DNA from: Eledone cirrhosa
Lineage: Eukaryota
Assembly: GCA_964016885.1 (NCBI GenBank)
Contig: OZ024741.1
Coordinates: forward strand, 193,440,001 to 193,504,000
Direction of reading: 5' to 3'
Length of the DNA: 64,000 bases
Shown here piece by piece: positions 1 to 14,602 of this stretch. How positions within the stretch are numbered: position 1 is the first letter of the stretch; the number at the start of each line of letters is the position of its first letter. A program made the translations under genes and the position numbers. Below the pieces are notes generated by a model, which worked only from the letters and a program-made list of their open reading frames with translations, had not been told where the DNA came from and made no database searches.

Positions 1-2
1 TG

Positions 3-436
<434 letters not shown>

Positions 437-746
437 GATGGGAGCTATAGTGGCTGTTTTTTACCTTTTGACCTGTACGTTGTTTACCGTTTCAAGGTCG
501 AAAATTTCCATTTTGGGGAGGGGGGGGGGGGGGGGTTCGAAGCTTTTTTTTAAATAAATCTGAATATTCGGGTTTAAAGCCCGAATATTGAGAGGTCTCC
601 CTCCCTTGGAACCAAGGAGGGTACCTTATGCTTCGTTATCGACAAGAAAATACAAAAAATGATACTTTAAAACAGCTTAAAATTACGAACCTTTTCTCCC
701 GCAGACTTGTAACGTCTTCACACTTGTGGTCAATAATTATAATAAT

Positions 747-927
747 TGTTTCTACTTTTGGCACAAGGCCAGCAATTATCTCAGTGTATTACTGGTACTT
801 TATTTTATCGACCCCGTAAGAATGAAAGGCAAAGTAAACTCGGGATTTGAACTCAGACAATAAAGGGCCGTAACTCTATGCTGCAAAGCATGGCGTCCGA
901 CCCTCTGCCGATACTGCCAATCCACAA
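747..927 (-). mobile_element. tRNA-derived SINE family A, near full length, with 17-bp TSD
   Basis: Minus strand has A-box-like TGGCAGTATCGG and B-box GAGTTCAAATCC. TCAATAATTATAATAAT is duplicated at 730-746 and 928-944. Many copies in the window. Confidence 0.9.
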
Positions 928-944
928 TCAATAATTATAATAAT

Positions 945-2272
945 GATTTATTTATTGGCCACAGGGCTGACATCAAGAAAAACATTACAGATGGCACAGG
1001 ACGGTACAGGACGGTACAATGTGGGTTTTGTGCGTGTAAAGATTTGTATTATTTATATAAGAAAAAGAAAAAAGACGTAGAAACATATATATATATAAAC
1101 AATGAAAAATTCCCCAATAGGGGGGAAACGTCCGAGGGTAAAGGGTGGCGAAAACCACACAAAAGACCACGGCCACCCTAACCACCAGGACAAGCGCCCT
1201 TTCTCAATGTTTCCATTCCTCAAACTACAGGCATATATTCAGAGCGGTCCCGTTCACTCGGACCATTCTCGCTACATTCACCCACCATTCAACAAACTTG
1301 GTAGAAGGCAGCACTTGCCTCTCCACCATGATTTTCCTCTTCAAGTGAAACTTGAAAAAGTTAATTAGGGATTCGCCGAAGAGGAAAGTATCCGTCTTTA
1401 ACCCTTTCAACCTTGTCCACCACACAATCTCTTTCGCCATGGCCACCAGGCAGATGAAAACCGCCTGCCCTTCCTCCTCGAAGGAAGACGGCGAGAGCAT
1501 CTGCACAATGGACTAAGTCGATAACCGGATCGGTCCTACACGCGACAGCAACTGTTCGACATAGCTCCACAAGTCAGCAATGCTCGGGCACTGAACGAGT
1601 GCGTGCACGACGGTTTCGTCGCTCTGCGCGCATCTCGGACAGGCTCGGCTGACGGCACTTCCGTGCCTGTAGAGCTTATCTCGAACCGGCAACGCTCCCC
1701 GGTAGCACTGCCAGGCCAGGGATTTCTGGAAGTTATCCAAAGGCCCTGGGCTAAAAGTTCTCCGGAAGAGAGCAAACAGCTGATCTTTTTCGACGCCCAG
1801 GATCTCTCCGAGAACGTCGTTTCTCTTCCCCTCCACTAGTCCTCTATAGAACGCCGAGGTGGATGTTCCACCGATACTGGTTCACAGCTGGCAGAGGGCG
1901 GTGAGCGCCTGGAGACATTCCAGTTTCCAAGGGCTATCCCTCGGTCTTTTCCTGACCCAGGACTTCAGCTCCGTCAAGGAGACGAGCTGTGGGAAAACGT
2001 GCCTGGCGAACGGCGACCACACCTGTTCACCGTCAAGGAAGCACCAGAGATGTCGAAGTCTCAGTGCATGTTTGCGCATCATCAGCCTTGGCATGTCCAG
2101 TCCTCCACGCAACGGGTGTTGACAGCAGATGGATCGTCTGAACATGGGGGCGCGTCCCTTCCAGAAAAAGCGGAAAAGGAGGCGCTCCATTTTGGTGAGA
2201 GTTGGGCCGGGGCAGGGGACGACGGTGAGGCGGTAGCAGATGACGGATGCGATGTACGATGTACACCTTCGC
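945..2272 (-). mobile_element. L1/Tx1-clade LINE, 5'-truncated (ORF2 C-terminus plus 3'UTR), frameshifted
   Basis: ORFs 1882..2343, 1513..1836 and 1225..1506 give ERLLFRFFWKG..RGGLDMP and zf-RVT-like WQCYRGALPVRDKL..CPRC..ETVVHALVQCP. Ends in AATAAA plus an ATT tail. Near-identical copy at 53325-54031. Confidence 0.85.
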
Positions 2273-2523
2273 CAAAATCTTGAACTTGAATTCTTTTTTG
2301 TAGCCATATTTTTTTTACGGTTTAAAATGAATATTGGGCACAAATCCCCAATAACTGGTTATTTAACCCTGAAGGGCCAAATAACGGGCAGAAAGACCCC
2401 TCTCACGAGGAGGAGAGTGTCTTTATCTACAATTTAGTTCAAGTTTTAAACAATTTACAATTGTTATAACGGTTAAATATTACAATACCTTACAGAGCCG
2501 AGCCTCCGTCAACCATGGCATTC

Positions 2524-2563
<40 letters not shown>
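2524..2563. repeat. (TAA)n microsatellite
   Basis: Direct repeat. Confidence 0.95.
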
Positions 2564-2564
<1 letters not shown>

Positions 2565-2969
2565 CACCACTATTCCCCCACTACCTTCTGTTAACTTAAA
2601 AGTTGACATCAAGTTTTCTGAGAAGTTGAGGGAAGGTAGCAGTAACATTAACCAAGATTAGATAGGGAGAAGCTACCAAAAGATATAAATAGACTGACTT
2701 CGTGACCTGGTCAAAAGAAAATATTGAACATCTCAACATTAACAACTACAATGGCACTGAAGACCCCCACCAACAGTAGAACTCCCCCTTCTCACCCGGA
2801 AAAGGCCTCAGCACCACCGGTATAGCCAACAACAACAACAAAGGCAACTTCAACAAAGGCCGCAAGTATATTATATTAATCATTTCTTTATTAGCCACAC
2901 AGGGTTCACATTAAGGAACCACTCATAATAATAGCAATTTAAAAAAATAAAAACCGTGACCAAGAAATA

Positions 2970-5900
2970 CCGGGATGGCGGCCGGCGGGGAATAGCCGTG
3001 TCTCAATGTGAGGACGACCCCTCCAGTCTTGGTTGACACTCGTCCTAGGAGTGGTAACTCGAATTGATTACCCCTTGGCGGTTAAGGGTAAAACGCAACT
3101 AAATATATCCAATGTCAAATGATAAAAACTCATACCGGATCGGCCGTGACCCGGGTCAAAAAGGGCCGCGCCCCTTAGAGAGGAAACAGACTGGGGTCGA
3201 AAAATCAGCTAATGGTTCAAACCTTCCCATAAATTCGGAGCTGGAGACCTCCCATACCGGAATACTCCTACTGATGGCCCTCCATGCTCACCCCCAAGAA
3301 ATCCAAAGAAAAAGAGAGAAAAATGGTCAAGGGAAGACAATAAAGAAGTCATAGATCGAATATAGAACAGACATATATCAACTGGAAAAAGAAACATCCT
3401 GAAAACAATATTGACAGTAACAAACTAGCGAATATACGAAGAAACATTGTTAAGAAGAAGTTACTAACTGACATAGAAATTGATCAGATCAAGCAATTAG
3501 CACAAAGTCAGCGAGGGGAAGATGAAACATGTGTCAGTGAAAACGAAGTAAATTGTAACACCTTAAATCCCAGGGTCGGGGCGCAATCACTGACAACAGA
3601 ACAAATTAAAGAAAGGATCGGAAAAGTGGAAGGAGTGCATGTTCAAGATGAAACTCAAAATGAAAACAATGAGATCGTAAATGATAAAGAAATGAATGTG
3701 AATGAACTCGCCAACCTGAAGAGTGAAATTATGATCGAATGGATGAAAATAAAAGAATCTGACATGGAGGAATGAGACACTCTCCCTAAGATCCAGAAAT
3801 CCAACCAAAACCAAAGGATAATACTCAAGACTCGCATAGCTCTCAAAGACATTATCACCACAAATAAACTAAACATTACTGATCTAAATCATCTTTATTA
3901 TGCATCGGCTAAAGTCATCACTCACTTATGTGGAGTGAAAATGAAAAAACAAAGGAATGCCCACAAAAAACCTACTTGGCAAGAGAACATCAATCGCAAA
4001 ATAAACCTTCTCTGATCTGACATAGAAATTTTAGCAAACTACAAAGTAGGTGAACATGCAAAACCGACTAAACTCAGAAAATTGAAAAGAAAATACAATA
4101 TAAAATCAACAAGCGACATAGACACGATGATAGAAACAATCAAGCAAAAATTGTCGGCCAAAGCTGCTCGTATAAGGCGTTTTGAAAAACGCTCTAGATT
4201 CTATAAGGACAATGATATCTTCAAAAACCACCGAAAAAACTTCTACAGAAAAATTGACAAGTCAACAATAACTGCTAGATCACTACCACCCAAGGAGGAA
4301 GTGCAAGAATTCTGGAAAAAGATCTGGACCGAAGAAAAAGTTCATAATGCCCCATGGATAGACAGACAAATGAAAGATACAGCTCACCTTGAGGAACAAA
4401 TATGGGAAAATATAACAGTTGAACATCCGCGTTTAGGTCTTAGAAAATCCAGCAAATGGAAATCCCCAGGGAAAGACAAAACACCAAATTTTTGGATGAA
4501 TGCCATCACAGAGTCTCATGAGATCTTAGCCGAACTTTACAATGAAATGGTTATTGAGCCAGAAAAGATACCATCATGGCTAGTTAACGACATTATATTC
4601 TTACTTCCGAAGAAGGATGAAACAAATAATCCAAAAAATTACAGACCGATAACTTGCTTGACCACAATGTATAAAATCTTAACATCAATCTTAACTGAAT
4701 ATACATATGATCACCTGATAACAAATGATCTATTTCCCAATGAGCAGAAAGGGTGTAAACGAGGCTCATATGGCTGTAAAGATCAGCTTTTGGTTAACAA
4801 AATGATACTGGAAGATTGTCATAATAGACACAAAACACACTTGCCATACCAGTTGCCATTACAGTTTCAATGTCATCAACTGGTCAAGCGCAGAGATCCG
4901 TAAGCTCGATACAAAAATTAGAACATTCTTAACCATGCACAGAATCATCACCCTAAGGCAGATACAGATAGAATATATCTCCCTAGGAAAGAAGGAGGAC
5001 GTGGATTAATCCAGTTAGATATTGCTTTGAAAACTGCAACAATTGGATTAATTACATATCTAAGGGAGGCATATGATTGGATGATCAAACTCGTTTTCAA
5101 ACATGAAAGCAACAAAAGATCATACTCTATTACTAAAGATACACAAAGATACAGTAATGAACTACAAATTTCAGAAGTTCCCTTTACTGCTGAAATGAAA
5201 AACACAGAAAAAGCAAAGCCGGTGAAAGTAACTGCAAAGAAAGAACTGCTACAGAAACAGGTTAAGAAATGGTAAGAAAAGACTCTGTATGGAAAATACC
5301 CAGAAAGAGCTAACAATCCTGATGTTGAAAAAACTTTAACCCACCAGTGGTTGGCATCCTCTGGACTAAAATCAGAGACTGAAGGACTGATTATATCAGC
5401 ACAAGATAAGTATCTGCCAACAAAAAGTTACCAAGCCAACATAATAAAAAATGGATGCAACCCATTATGCCATGCATGTAAAAGACAACCAGGGACCATT
5501 GATCATATAATTTCAATGTACAGTCCTATAGCGCCAACCGAATACCTAAACAGGCACGACAGAGCTGCACAATACATACATTGGGTGATGTGTAAGCATT
5601 TTGACCTGCCCCATGAAAAAATTGGTGGGAGCATCAACTACTTCCCGTACTTGAAAAAGGTCACCTCTCAATTTTGTAGAACTGAAGCATCCAAACACCG
5701 AAAAATAGATGCAAATAGACCTGATATAATACTGAAGGACTTTAAAAAGAGTGTATGCCTGCTGAGTGACATGGCCGTTCCAATAGACAAGAATGTATCT
5801 ATAAAACATTTGAAAAATTGAGTAAGTATAAAGACCTGGAGATAGAAATTGGAAAAATATGGAAGTTGAGAATTAAAACAATACCAGTGGCTGTAGGCCT

Positions 5901-6174
5901 TCTAGGAACGATATCTAAGGGGTCTAACGATTACTTATCCCAAATCCTAGGGAACCCGCGTATAGAAGAGATACAAAATATAGTACTAATGGGAACTGCC
6001 CATATACTAAGGAAGATTCTGTCAATATAGGTATATTAGAATTGTAAACACCTAAAGATACATGTGTGTGTGTGTGTTTTTCTTAGACATGGTGGACCTT
6101 ATTGTCTCTTGAGGTCACTGGTTGTGACTTGGTGATAACTCGTATGAACATAAAGCAAGATAAATGAAAAAATA

Positions 6175-6177
<3 letters not shown>
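2970..6177 (+). mobile_element. R4/Dong-like non-LTR retrotransposon (RT plus restriction-like endonuclease), decayed, RT core deleted
   Basis: WKSPGKD, NYRPITCLTTMYK, EQKGCKRGSYGCKDQLL, DRIYLPRKEGGRGL, CHAC..TIDHI..RHD, RPDIIL, KYKDLEIEI. Jumps from the early RT to the post-RT region near 4835. Confidence 0.88.
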
Positions 6178-6645
<468 letters not shown>

Positions 6646-6673
6646 GATATTAAACAAATGGAAACTATATTTA

Positions 6674-6735
6674 TTTCATTATACATATTTCGGGGATACC
6701 ATATTAAAAATATGGCATGCCTTCTTCAGATAAAA
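6674..6735 (-). ncRNA. Type I minimal hammerhead ribozyme
   Basis: ttttat-CTGAAGA-[stem II atgccatatt/aatatggtat]-GAAA-tatgt-ATA-atgaaa. Confidence 0.75.
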
Positions 6736-8371
6736 TACAATATATAAACAGTTTTATAAATAATTTTGACGTACCATAAATATTGACCAACCGTTATGTA
6801 AGAAGCTGGTTTGGTAGTGAGATGTTTATAAATATTTAGTGTTAAGCACAGTTAAAAAGAAAGATGGAGAAAAAGAAGAAATGTATGTAAAGAAAAACAG
6901 AGAGAAATAGACAGAGATAGGGGAGAGAGAAATAGTGAGGAGGTGAAAAAAGAGAGGCAGCTGAGGCAACAGATGAATAATAATAATTCATCATACAAAT
7001 TGAGAGATTTAGGAGGGAGGGAGTACTGTAATTATTTAGTTATAGTGTTAAGGATAGTTGGGGAGGAGACGGAGAGAAATAAAAAATGAAGAGAAAACAA
7101 AGAGAGAGAAAGATAGAGGTGGGGGGAAAAAAAGAGGTAGACCAAATAATAATAATTATATATGGGGAGGTGAGAGAAATAGGAGAGAAATACGAGAGAA
7201 ATAAGAGAGAAACTCGAGAGGCAAAGTTAAAACAACCGATACATAGACTTCATCATATATAAAGAGGGAGGAGAAGAAAGAGCTATATCTAGAGAGAGGG
7301 ATGATAGATTTACATCTTTACGTTATGTCCTATCAATTTGAATTATCAATTCATATGAATTGGGTAATATAATGTAAATATCAATATTCATGAATGAGAC
7401 AGATATATAATGTGTGAAAATAATTTTGCTCAACAATGACCATATGTTTAGTTTAAAATTCTGAGGTCGATGTACCAAAACTGAGATAAAACTTCAAAAA
7501 ATACGGAAATATATAAGTATATACATACACATGCATATGCACTTTCCGGAAAAGGAAAGAAAGAGAAAAAGAGAAGGTCATCTCAAGTTCTAGTTGATAT
7601 TATAGACATACCCATGATTTTACGTCATCAACTCTGTAATTTCTTGTTTCACAGAAAAAAAAATTTTCTTTGTGTTATAAAAGATTTTACTATATATATA
7701 TATACATAAAAAAAATATATTAATATTCTTGCCCTCACATACATGATTGTCGTTCATGTATAGAATATTATGCATATCTGTAACATATCTAGAACTATAC
7801 CCACACATACATATATATATATGTATGCACACATATATGTACATGGACAGATAAAATAAACAGATAAAATATACTCTGTAATCATTCCATATTCATATTA
7901 ATACATATGGCCTTTGTACAGAGACAACCAGATATCAATATATCAGCACAGATATATCAAAACGTTAAAAATATTTTCATCACTCCCTAGAGTATCTCGG
8001 GCCGTAAAAAACACAGTATGCCACAGAAATCTACCCTTCCAATTTATCTGACAATATATTGCCAAGTTCATTAGAAGCAATCAGATTCAAAAAGCAAACA
8101 AAAAAAACAAAAATTATTCAACAAAACTTATTTAGCAGAAATCATTTAAAGGATTTAGGACACCCTGTTGTTCTACGGATGCTCTTATATTTAGTATAGA
8201 AGTTTATCTAGCGTAAAATTCATTCAATAGATTGGGAGCATCTACATTTTAGGGTAGTTTAATTACATCATTAGTATATATTTATGAAGAAGGTTTAAAA
8301 GAAAAAGTTGAAGGAATCGAAAGATTTATCGTCAGGTTTCATACATTAATTAAATATCCTAATTAATTATA

Positions 8372-9000
8372 CTACATTTTAAATTTATATTTATATTTAA
8401 ACGTTGAGTTCAATCTATGTCTGCAGTAACTGAATAAATTGCTCCTTAAATTAAGGGAATGTTTGGATTTTAATATAAAGAATATCTCCTCCACACAGAG
8501 GTCACATGTCTCAGATGAGGAATTAAAAGGAATCCCTCTTGAGACAATATTCCAAAACATCGAATACCCAACGTTATCGTGTTTAAGTTGCCAGAGTAAG
8601 CCTGATAGTGAAGTTGAAGATTTTTTGTTTGGATCTGTGAAAGAATTCTTATGATTATTGTAGCGAAGTTTAAATTCTGTCGAGGTGGAACCAACATAGT
8701 TAAAAGAATTTAAGTTAGTTTTAACATTACAATTGTATATTATATTTTTAACTAAGCAATTGTTATTTAACGGACATTTAGATTTATTTCTACAGTTACA
8801 GTTGTTTAATTGAATATTGTTTTGACATTATCGGTATTTTGGCTAGGTTTTAGATTCCTATTATTTATTCTGTTAATATTTTGTGCTAAATTTTTGATGG
8901 ACGAGTAGGTTAATTTTATAGTATGTCTATTAAAAATTGAGTGATATTTATGTGTTCTAGGGAAGCGTTTGTCAAGAGCATTAAAAAATAGTTTAGCAAT
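8372..9000 (-). pseudogene. PLE GIY-YIG endonuclease C-terminal region
   Basis: Translates as CNCRNKSKCPLNNNCLVKNIIYNC..NYVGSTSTEFKLRYNNHKNSF..CDLCVEE..LNLRSNLFSYCRHR; frameshift near 8820. Confidence 0.88.
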
Positions 9001-9680
9001 GTGGGTTTTAATATTTAGTTTTAATATTTAGTTTTAATATTTAGTTTTAATATTTAATTCATATGAATTGATAATTCAAATTGATAGGACATAACGTAAA
9101 GATGTAAATCTATCATCCCTCTCTCTAGATATAGCTCTTTCTTCTCCCCCCTCTTTATATATGATGAAGTCTATGTATCGGTTGTTTTAACTTTGCCTCT
9201 CGAGTTTCTCTCTTATTTCTCTCGTATTTCTCTCCTATTTCTCTCACCTCCCCATATATAATTATTATTATTTGGTCTACCTCTTTTTTTCCCCCACCTC
9301 TATCTTTCTCTCTCTCTGTTTTCTCTTCATTTTTTATTTCTCTCCGTCTCCTCCCCAACTGTCCTTAACACTATAACTAAATAATTACAGTACTCCCTCC
9401 CTCCTAAATCTCTCAATTTGTATGATGAATTATTATTATTCATCTGTTGCCTCAGCTGCCTCTCTTTTTTCACCTCCTCACTATTTCTCTCTCCCCTATC
9501 TCTCTCTATTTCTCTCTGTTTTTCTTTACATACATTTCTTCTTTTTCTCTGTCTTTCTTTTTAACTGTGCTTAACACTAAATATTTATAAACATCTCACT
9601 ACCAAACCAGCTTCTTACATAACGGTTGGTCAATATTTATGGTACGTCAAAATTATTTATAAAACTGTTTATATATTGTA

Positions 9681-9742
9681 TTTTATCTGAAGAAGGCATG
9701 CCATATTTTTAATATGGTATCCCCGAAATATGTATAATGAAA
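9681..9742 (+). ncRNA. Type I minimal hammerhead ribozyme (inverted pLTR copy)
   Basis: Same motif: CTGAAGA 9687-9693, GAAA 9725-9728, AUA triplet 9734-9736. Confidence 0.75.
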
Positions 9743-10060
9743 TAAATATGGTTTTATAAATATAGTTTCCATTTGTTTAATATCGTATATCTACTCCAAA
9801 ACTTGTCGAGTGCTTTATATCAGTTATAAAATATTTACTTGTTGTAACCCAACAATTTTATATAAAACTTTTGCATATATATATATATATATATATATAT
9901 TAGGTTATGCAAGAAATGCTTAGTATTATCCTGAATGCAGTAATGGTTAATTACTACACTAGATAGAGTTGACGTACGGTGAGGGGTTATTCAACGAGTT
10001 ATGGAAGAATAGTCGGAAAAACTCAGTTTCTGATCTTTCTGTATTCCGGGGTGTAGATAA

Positions 10061-12573
10061 AGAATGAATAATAACAGGTAGACATCATAAAAGGTAATTT
10101 ATTCCGAGTGCTTATAAATGTTTCAACAGTAGTTATATAGCCTAGGCTCTGCCGGGAAAAGCAGACGGTGCCGCCGCCGCCGAGGCGGCAGATTGGCGTG
10201 TATGGCGACACGCCACCGCCTTCCGCCCAGCGGCCGGAAAACGTTCCCGACTCGGCCCCGTAATGTCATGATAAAATACACCCAGTACACTCTGTAAAGT
10301 GGTAGTGTTGGTGTCATGATAAAATACACCAAGTACACTCAGTAAAGTGGTAGTGTTGGTGGCATGATAAAATACGCGCAGTGCACTCTGTAAAGTGGTA
10401 GTGTTGGTGTCATGATAAAATACACCCAGTACACTCTGTAAAGTGGTAGTGTTGGTGTCATGGTAAATTACACCCAGTACACTCTGTAAAGTGGTAGTGT
10501 TGGTGTCATGGTAAATTACACGCAGTACACCCTGTAAAGTGGTAGTGTTGGTGTCATGGTAAATTACACGCAGTACACTCTGTAATGTGGTAGTGTTGGT
10601 GTCATGGTAAATTACACGCAGTACACTCTGTAATGTGGTAGTGTTGGTGTCATGGTAAATTACACGCAGTACACTCTGTAATGTGGTAGTGTTGGTGTCA
10701 TGGTAAATTACACGCAGTACACTCTGTAATGTGGTAGTGTTGGTGTAATGGTAAATTACACGCAGTACACTCTGTAATGTGGTAGTGTTGGTGTCATGGT
10801 AAATTACACGCAGTACATTCTGTAAAGTGGTAGTGTTGGTGTCATGGTAAATTACACGCAGTACACTCTGTAATGTGGTAGTGTTGGTGTCATGGTAAAT
10901 TACACGCAGTACACTCTGTAATGTGGTAGTGTTGGTGTCATGGTAAATTACACGCAGTACACTCTGTAATGTGGTAGTGTTGGTGTCATGGTAAATTACA
11001 CGCAGTACACTCTGTAATGTGGTAGTGTTGGTGTCATGGTAAATTACACGCAGTACACTCTGTAATGTGGTAGTGTTGGTGTCATGGTAAATTACACGCA
11101 GTACACTCTGTAAAGTGGTAGTGTTGGTGTCATGGTAAATTACACGCAGTACACTCTGTAATGTGGTAGTGTTGGTGTCATGGTAAATTACACGCAGTAC
11201 ACTCTGTAATGTGGTAGTGTTGGTGTCATGGTAAATTACACGCAGTACACTCTGTAAAGTGGTAGTGTTGGTGTCATGGTAAATTACACGCAGTACACTC
11301 TGTAATGTGGTAGTGTTAGTGTCATGGTAAATTACACGCAGTACACTCTGTAAAGTGGTAGTGTTGGTGTCATGGTAAATTACACGCAGTACACTCTGTA
11401 ATGTGGTAGTGTTGGTGTAATGGTAAATTACACGCAGTACACTCTGTAATGTGGTAGTGTTGGTATCATGGTAAATTACACGCAGTACACTCTGTAATGT
11501 GGTAGTGTTGGTGTCATGGTAAATTACACCCAGTACACTCTGTAATGTGGTAGTGTTGGTGTCATGGTAAATTACACGCAGTACACTCTGTAAAGTGGTA
11601 GTGTTGGTGTCATGGTAAATTACACGCAGTACACTCTGTAATGTGGTAGTGTTGGTGTCATGGTAAATTACACGCAGTACACTCTGTAAAGTGGTAGTGT
11701 TGGTGTCATGGTAAATTACACGCAGTACACTCTGTAATGTGGTAGTGTTAGTGTCATGGTAAATTACACGCAGTACACTCTGTAAAGTGGTAGTGTTGGT
11801 GTCATGGTAAATTACACGCAGTACACTCTGTAATGTGGTAGTGTTGGTGTCATGGTAAATTACACGCAGTACACTCTGTAATGTGGTAGTGTTGGTGTCA
11901 TGGTAAATTACACGCAGTACACTCTGTAATGTGGTAGTGTTGGTGTCATGGTAAATTACACGCAGTGCACTCTGTAATGTGGTAGTGTTGGTGTCTTGAT
12001 AAAATACACCCAGTACACTCTGTAATGTGGTAGTGTTGGTGTCATGATAAATTACACGCAGTACACTCTGTAAAGTGGTAGTGTTGGTGTCATGATAAAA
12101 TACACGCAGTACACTCTGTAAAGTGGTAGTGCCGGTGTCATGATAAAATACACGCAGTACACTCAGTAAAGTGGTAGTGTTGGTGTCATGATAAAATACA
12201 CCCAGTTCACTCTGTAATGTGGTAGTGTTGGTGTCATGATGAAATACACCCAGTACACTCTGTAATGTGGTAGTGTTGGTGTCTTGATGAAATACACCCA
12301 GTACACTCTGTAAAGTGGTAGTTTTGGTGTCATGATAAAATACACCCAGTACACTCTGTAAAGTGGTAGTGTTGGTGTCATGATGAAATACACCCAGTAC
12401 ACTCTGTAATGTGGTAGTGTTGGTGCAGATTCTGCTCTGAGGAAACGGTAGTGGCAGCATTTGAAAATTGAGTTTCTGCAATCAAATAATTATCAATTTG
12501 CAAATAGCATGACTAGGCTGTATAACTACTGCTGAAACATTTGTAAGCACGTCTACCTGTTATTATTCATTCT
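10061..12573. mobile_element. Putative non-autonomous inverted-repeat element enclosing a minisatellite
   Basis: 10061-10145 and 12513-12573 are inverted repeats (24-nt indel); GC-rich hairpins at 10150-10260. Confidence 0.6.
10262..12426. repeat. 48-bp minisatellite, ~45 copies
   Basis: Unit GTCATGGTAAATTACACGCAGTACACTCTGTAATGTGGTAGTGTTGGT; the minus frame reads (DTNTTTLQSVLRVIYH)n. Confidence 0.97.
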
Positions 12574-12799
12574 ATATATATATATATAACCAAAGATTAA
12601 TATGGTTCGTTGATTACTCAACGAATACAATATTACAATAGATTAGAAACACTCAACAGAAGATTTTCCTGGAGTTTTTAATATTATTCAAAATGTTAAT
12701 AATATATATTTTGATTATGAGAATATTTTTCATTTATTAACATTTTGAATAATATATATCTATATATATATATATATAATGTAGGAGGTGATAATATAT

Positions 12800-12888
<89 letters not shown>

Positions 12889-13877
12889 GTAGGAGGTGAG
12901 TTTTATTGTAGTACAATAAAGCAATGCAGATATCGGATAAGAAGCACTCTACAGTTTGTAGGACTGGAGAATACATAATATATAAGAACAAAAGATGGTT
13001 AAAAGAGTTCCATGTATTTTATTATGCGCATTTCAAAAACCCTGTTAAAAATAAATGTCCTCTCAACAACCATTGTCTTGATAAAAACTTAATTTACGAA
13101 TGTAAAGTTATAACTGACACCAATTCCTTCGCCTATTTTGGCTCCACTTCCACCTCCTTTAAAGCTCGTCTTTATAACCATCATTCGTCTTTTAAATACA
13201 AACTTAAAAGAACCAACACGGCTCTCTCAGAACTCATATTGTCCTTGAAAGACAAAAATATTAAATATAGCATCTTTTGGAAGAAGGTTTCTTCTGCGTC
13301 TCCATACTTAAACAGTTCTCTATCCAAGATTTGCAATCTCTGTCTAAATGAAAAATTTACCATTATATCTAAATTAGATTCTATAATAAATAGACGCACT
13401 GACTTGTTTTCTATCTGCTTGCATAAATTCCACAAAACATTCCACAAAGTATACAGCTAATATCCAAAACTTTATCAATTTAGAATCTTTTTCTCAAAGG
13501 CACATATATATATATATACTTCTTTAAAAATATACCCATCTTTCTACCTTATTTCAAAGTTATTTATTATACATTATATAATACTTGTTACTCATTCTAT
13601 ATCACTCCTATTTATCACTTCCCTTTCTTCTCTTTTTCTTTTAATGTCTAACCCCTAATCTGTACCTTTTCTCACTGTTGCCTAACATAGAAACAATTAT
13701 TACATAATACAATACATTCTTACTCTATATCACCTTGTAAAAATCCTTCGTAAACATAAACATTTTTTTGACGTTAGATTATTCATCCTCAATTCATTAT
13801 TTTTTTCTCCCTTTCATCTAACTTATTCATGCTCATCTCACAATATATCCTTACTTAAATTACTTGTTGTTCTTTTT

Positions 13878-14050
13878 AATAATACATATCAACATTTTCT
13901 TTCCATTGCACATATTATTAAACCCTTAAATATTATTCTTAATACATATTAACTTTTTCTTTCCAACGCACATATTATTAAACCCTTAAATATTATTCTT
14001 AATACATATTAACATTTTCTTTTCATCGCACATATTATTAAACCCTTCAA
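13878..14050. repeat. 60-bp tandem repeat, ~3 copies, in the PLE 3'UTR
   Basis: TAATACATATTAAC..CACATATTATTAAACCCTT recurs with a 60-nt period. Confidence 0.9.
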
Positions 14051-14416
14051 TATACAAACCTTAACTTTACATTATTTTTCTCTTCGTTAATTTTCAAATT
14101 CTTTTAATTTATACATTATCTTCCAACGGTTTTTCAACCTCTCTATGTAAAACAATATATTTTTCTCAGTTATAAAAGCTATCTCTCTCTCTCTCTATCA
14201 CCCATCTCTCCTCCTATCTCATCCTTCCTCATTATACTCCTCACTCTCCACTTTTTACTCTCATCTCCTCCTCTTTTTCATCCTTTCCAACCCCCCCCCC
14301 CTCAAAATAAAATATTTTTCCCAACATCACACATCAATCTAAAACTACTTTTCATATGTTGATTTAAAACTGCACTATCCACAAGTGTTTTTTAACCTTC
14401 ATATCATGTCTTCCTG

Positions 14417-14483
14417 TTTTATCTGATGAAAACACAAATATTATTGCATGATGATATTTGTTTTTGAAATGCGCATAATAAAA
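14417..14483 (+). ncRNA. Type I minimal hammerhead ribozyme
   Basis: ttttat-CTGATGA(14423)-[caaatattatt/gatgatatttg]-GAAA-tgcgc-ATA-ataaaa; palindromic loop 3. Confidence 0.8.
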
Positions 14484-14513
14484 TACATGGAACTCTTTTA
14501 ACCATCTTTTGTT

Positions 14514-14602
<89 letters not shown>

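Larger units (their letters stand above)
12885..14516 (+). mobile_element. Penelope-like element (Naiad-like), truncated, with short inverted 5' pLTR
   Basis: GIY-YIG at 13041-13460 (KCPLNNHCL..LIYEC..AYFGSTSTSFKARLYNH..CNLCLNEK). 12981-13040 is the reverse complement of 14460-14519. Confidence 0.88.

Noticed and set aside
10262-12426. CRISPR-like regular array
   Set aside because: Pure tandem 48-mer with no unique spacers, no cas genes and a eukaryotic context.
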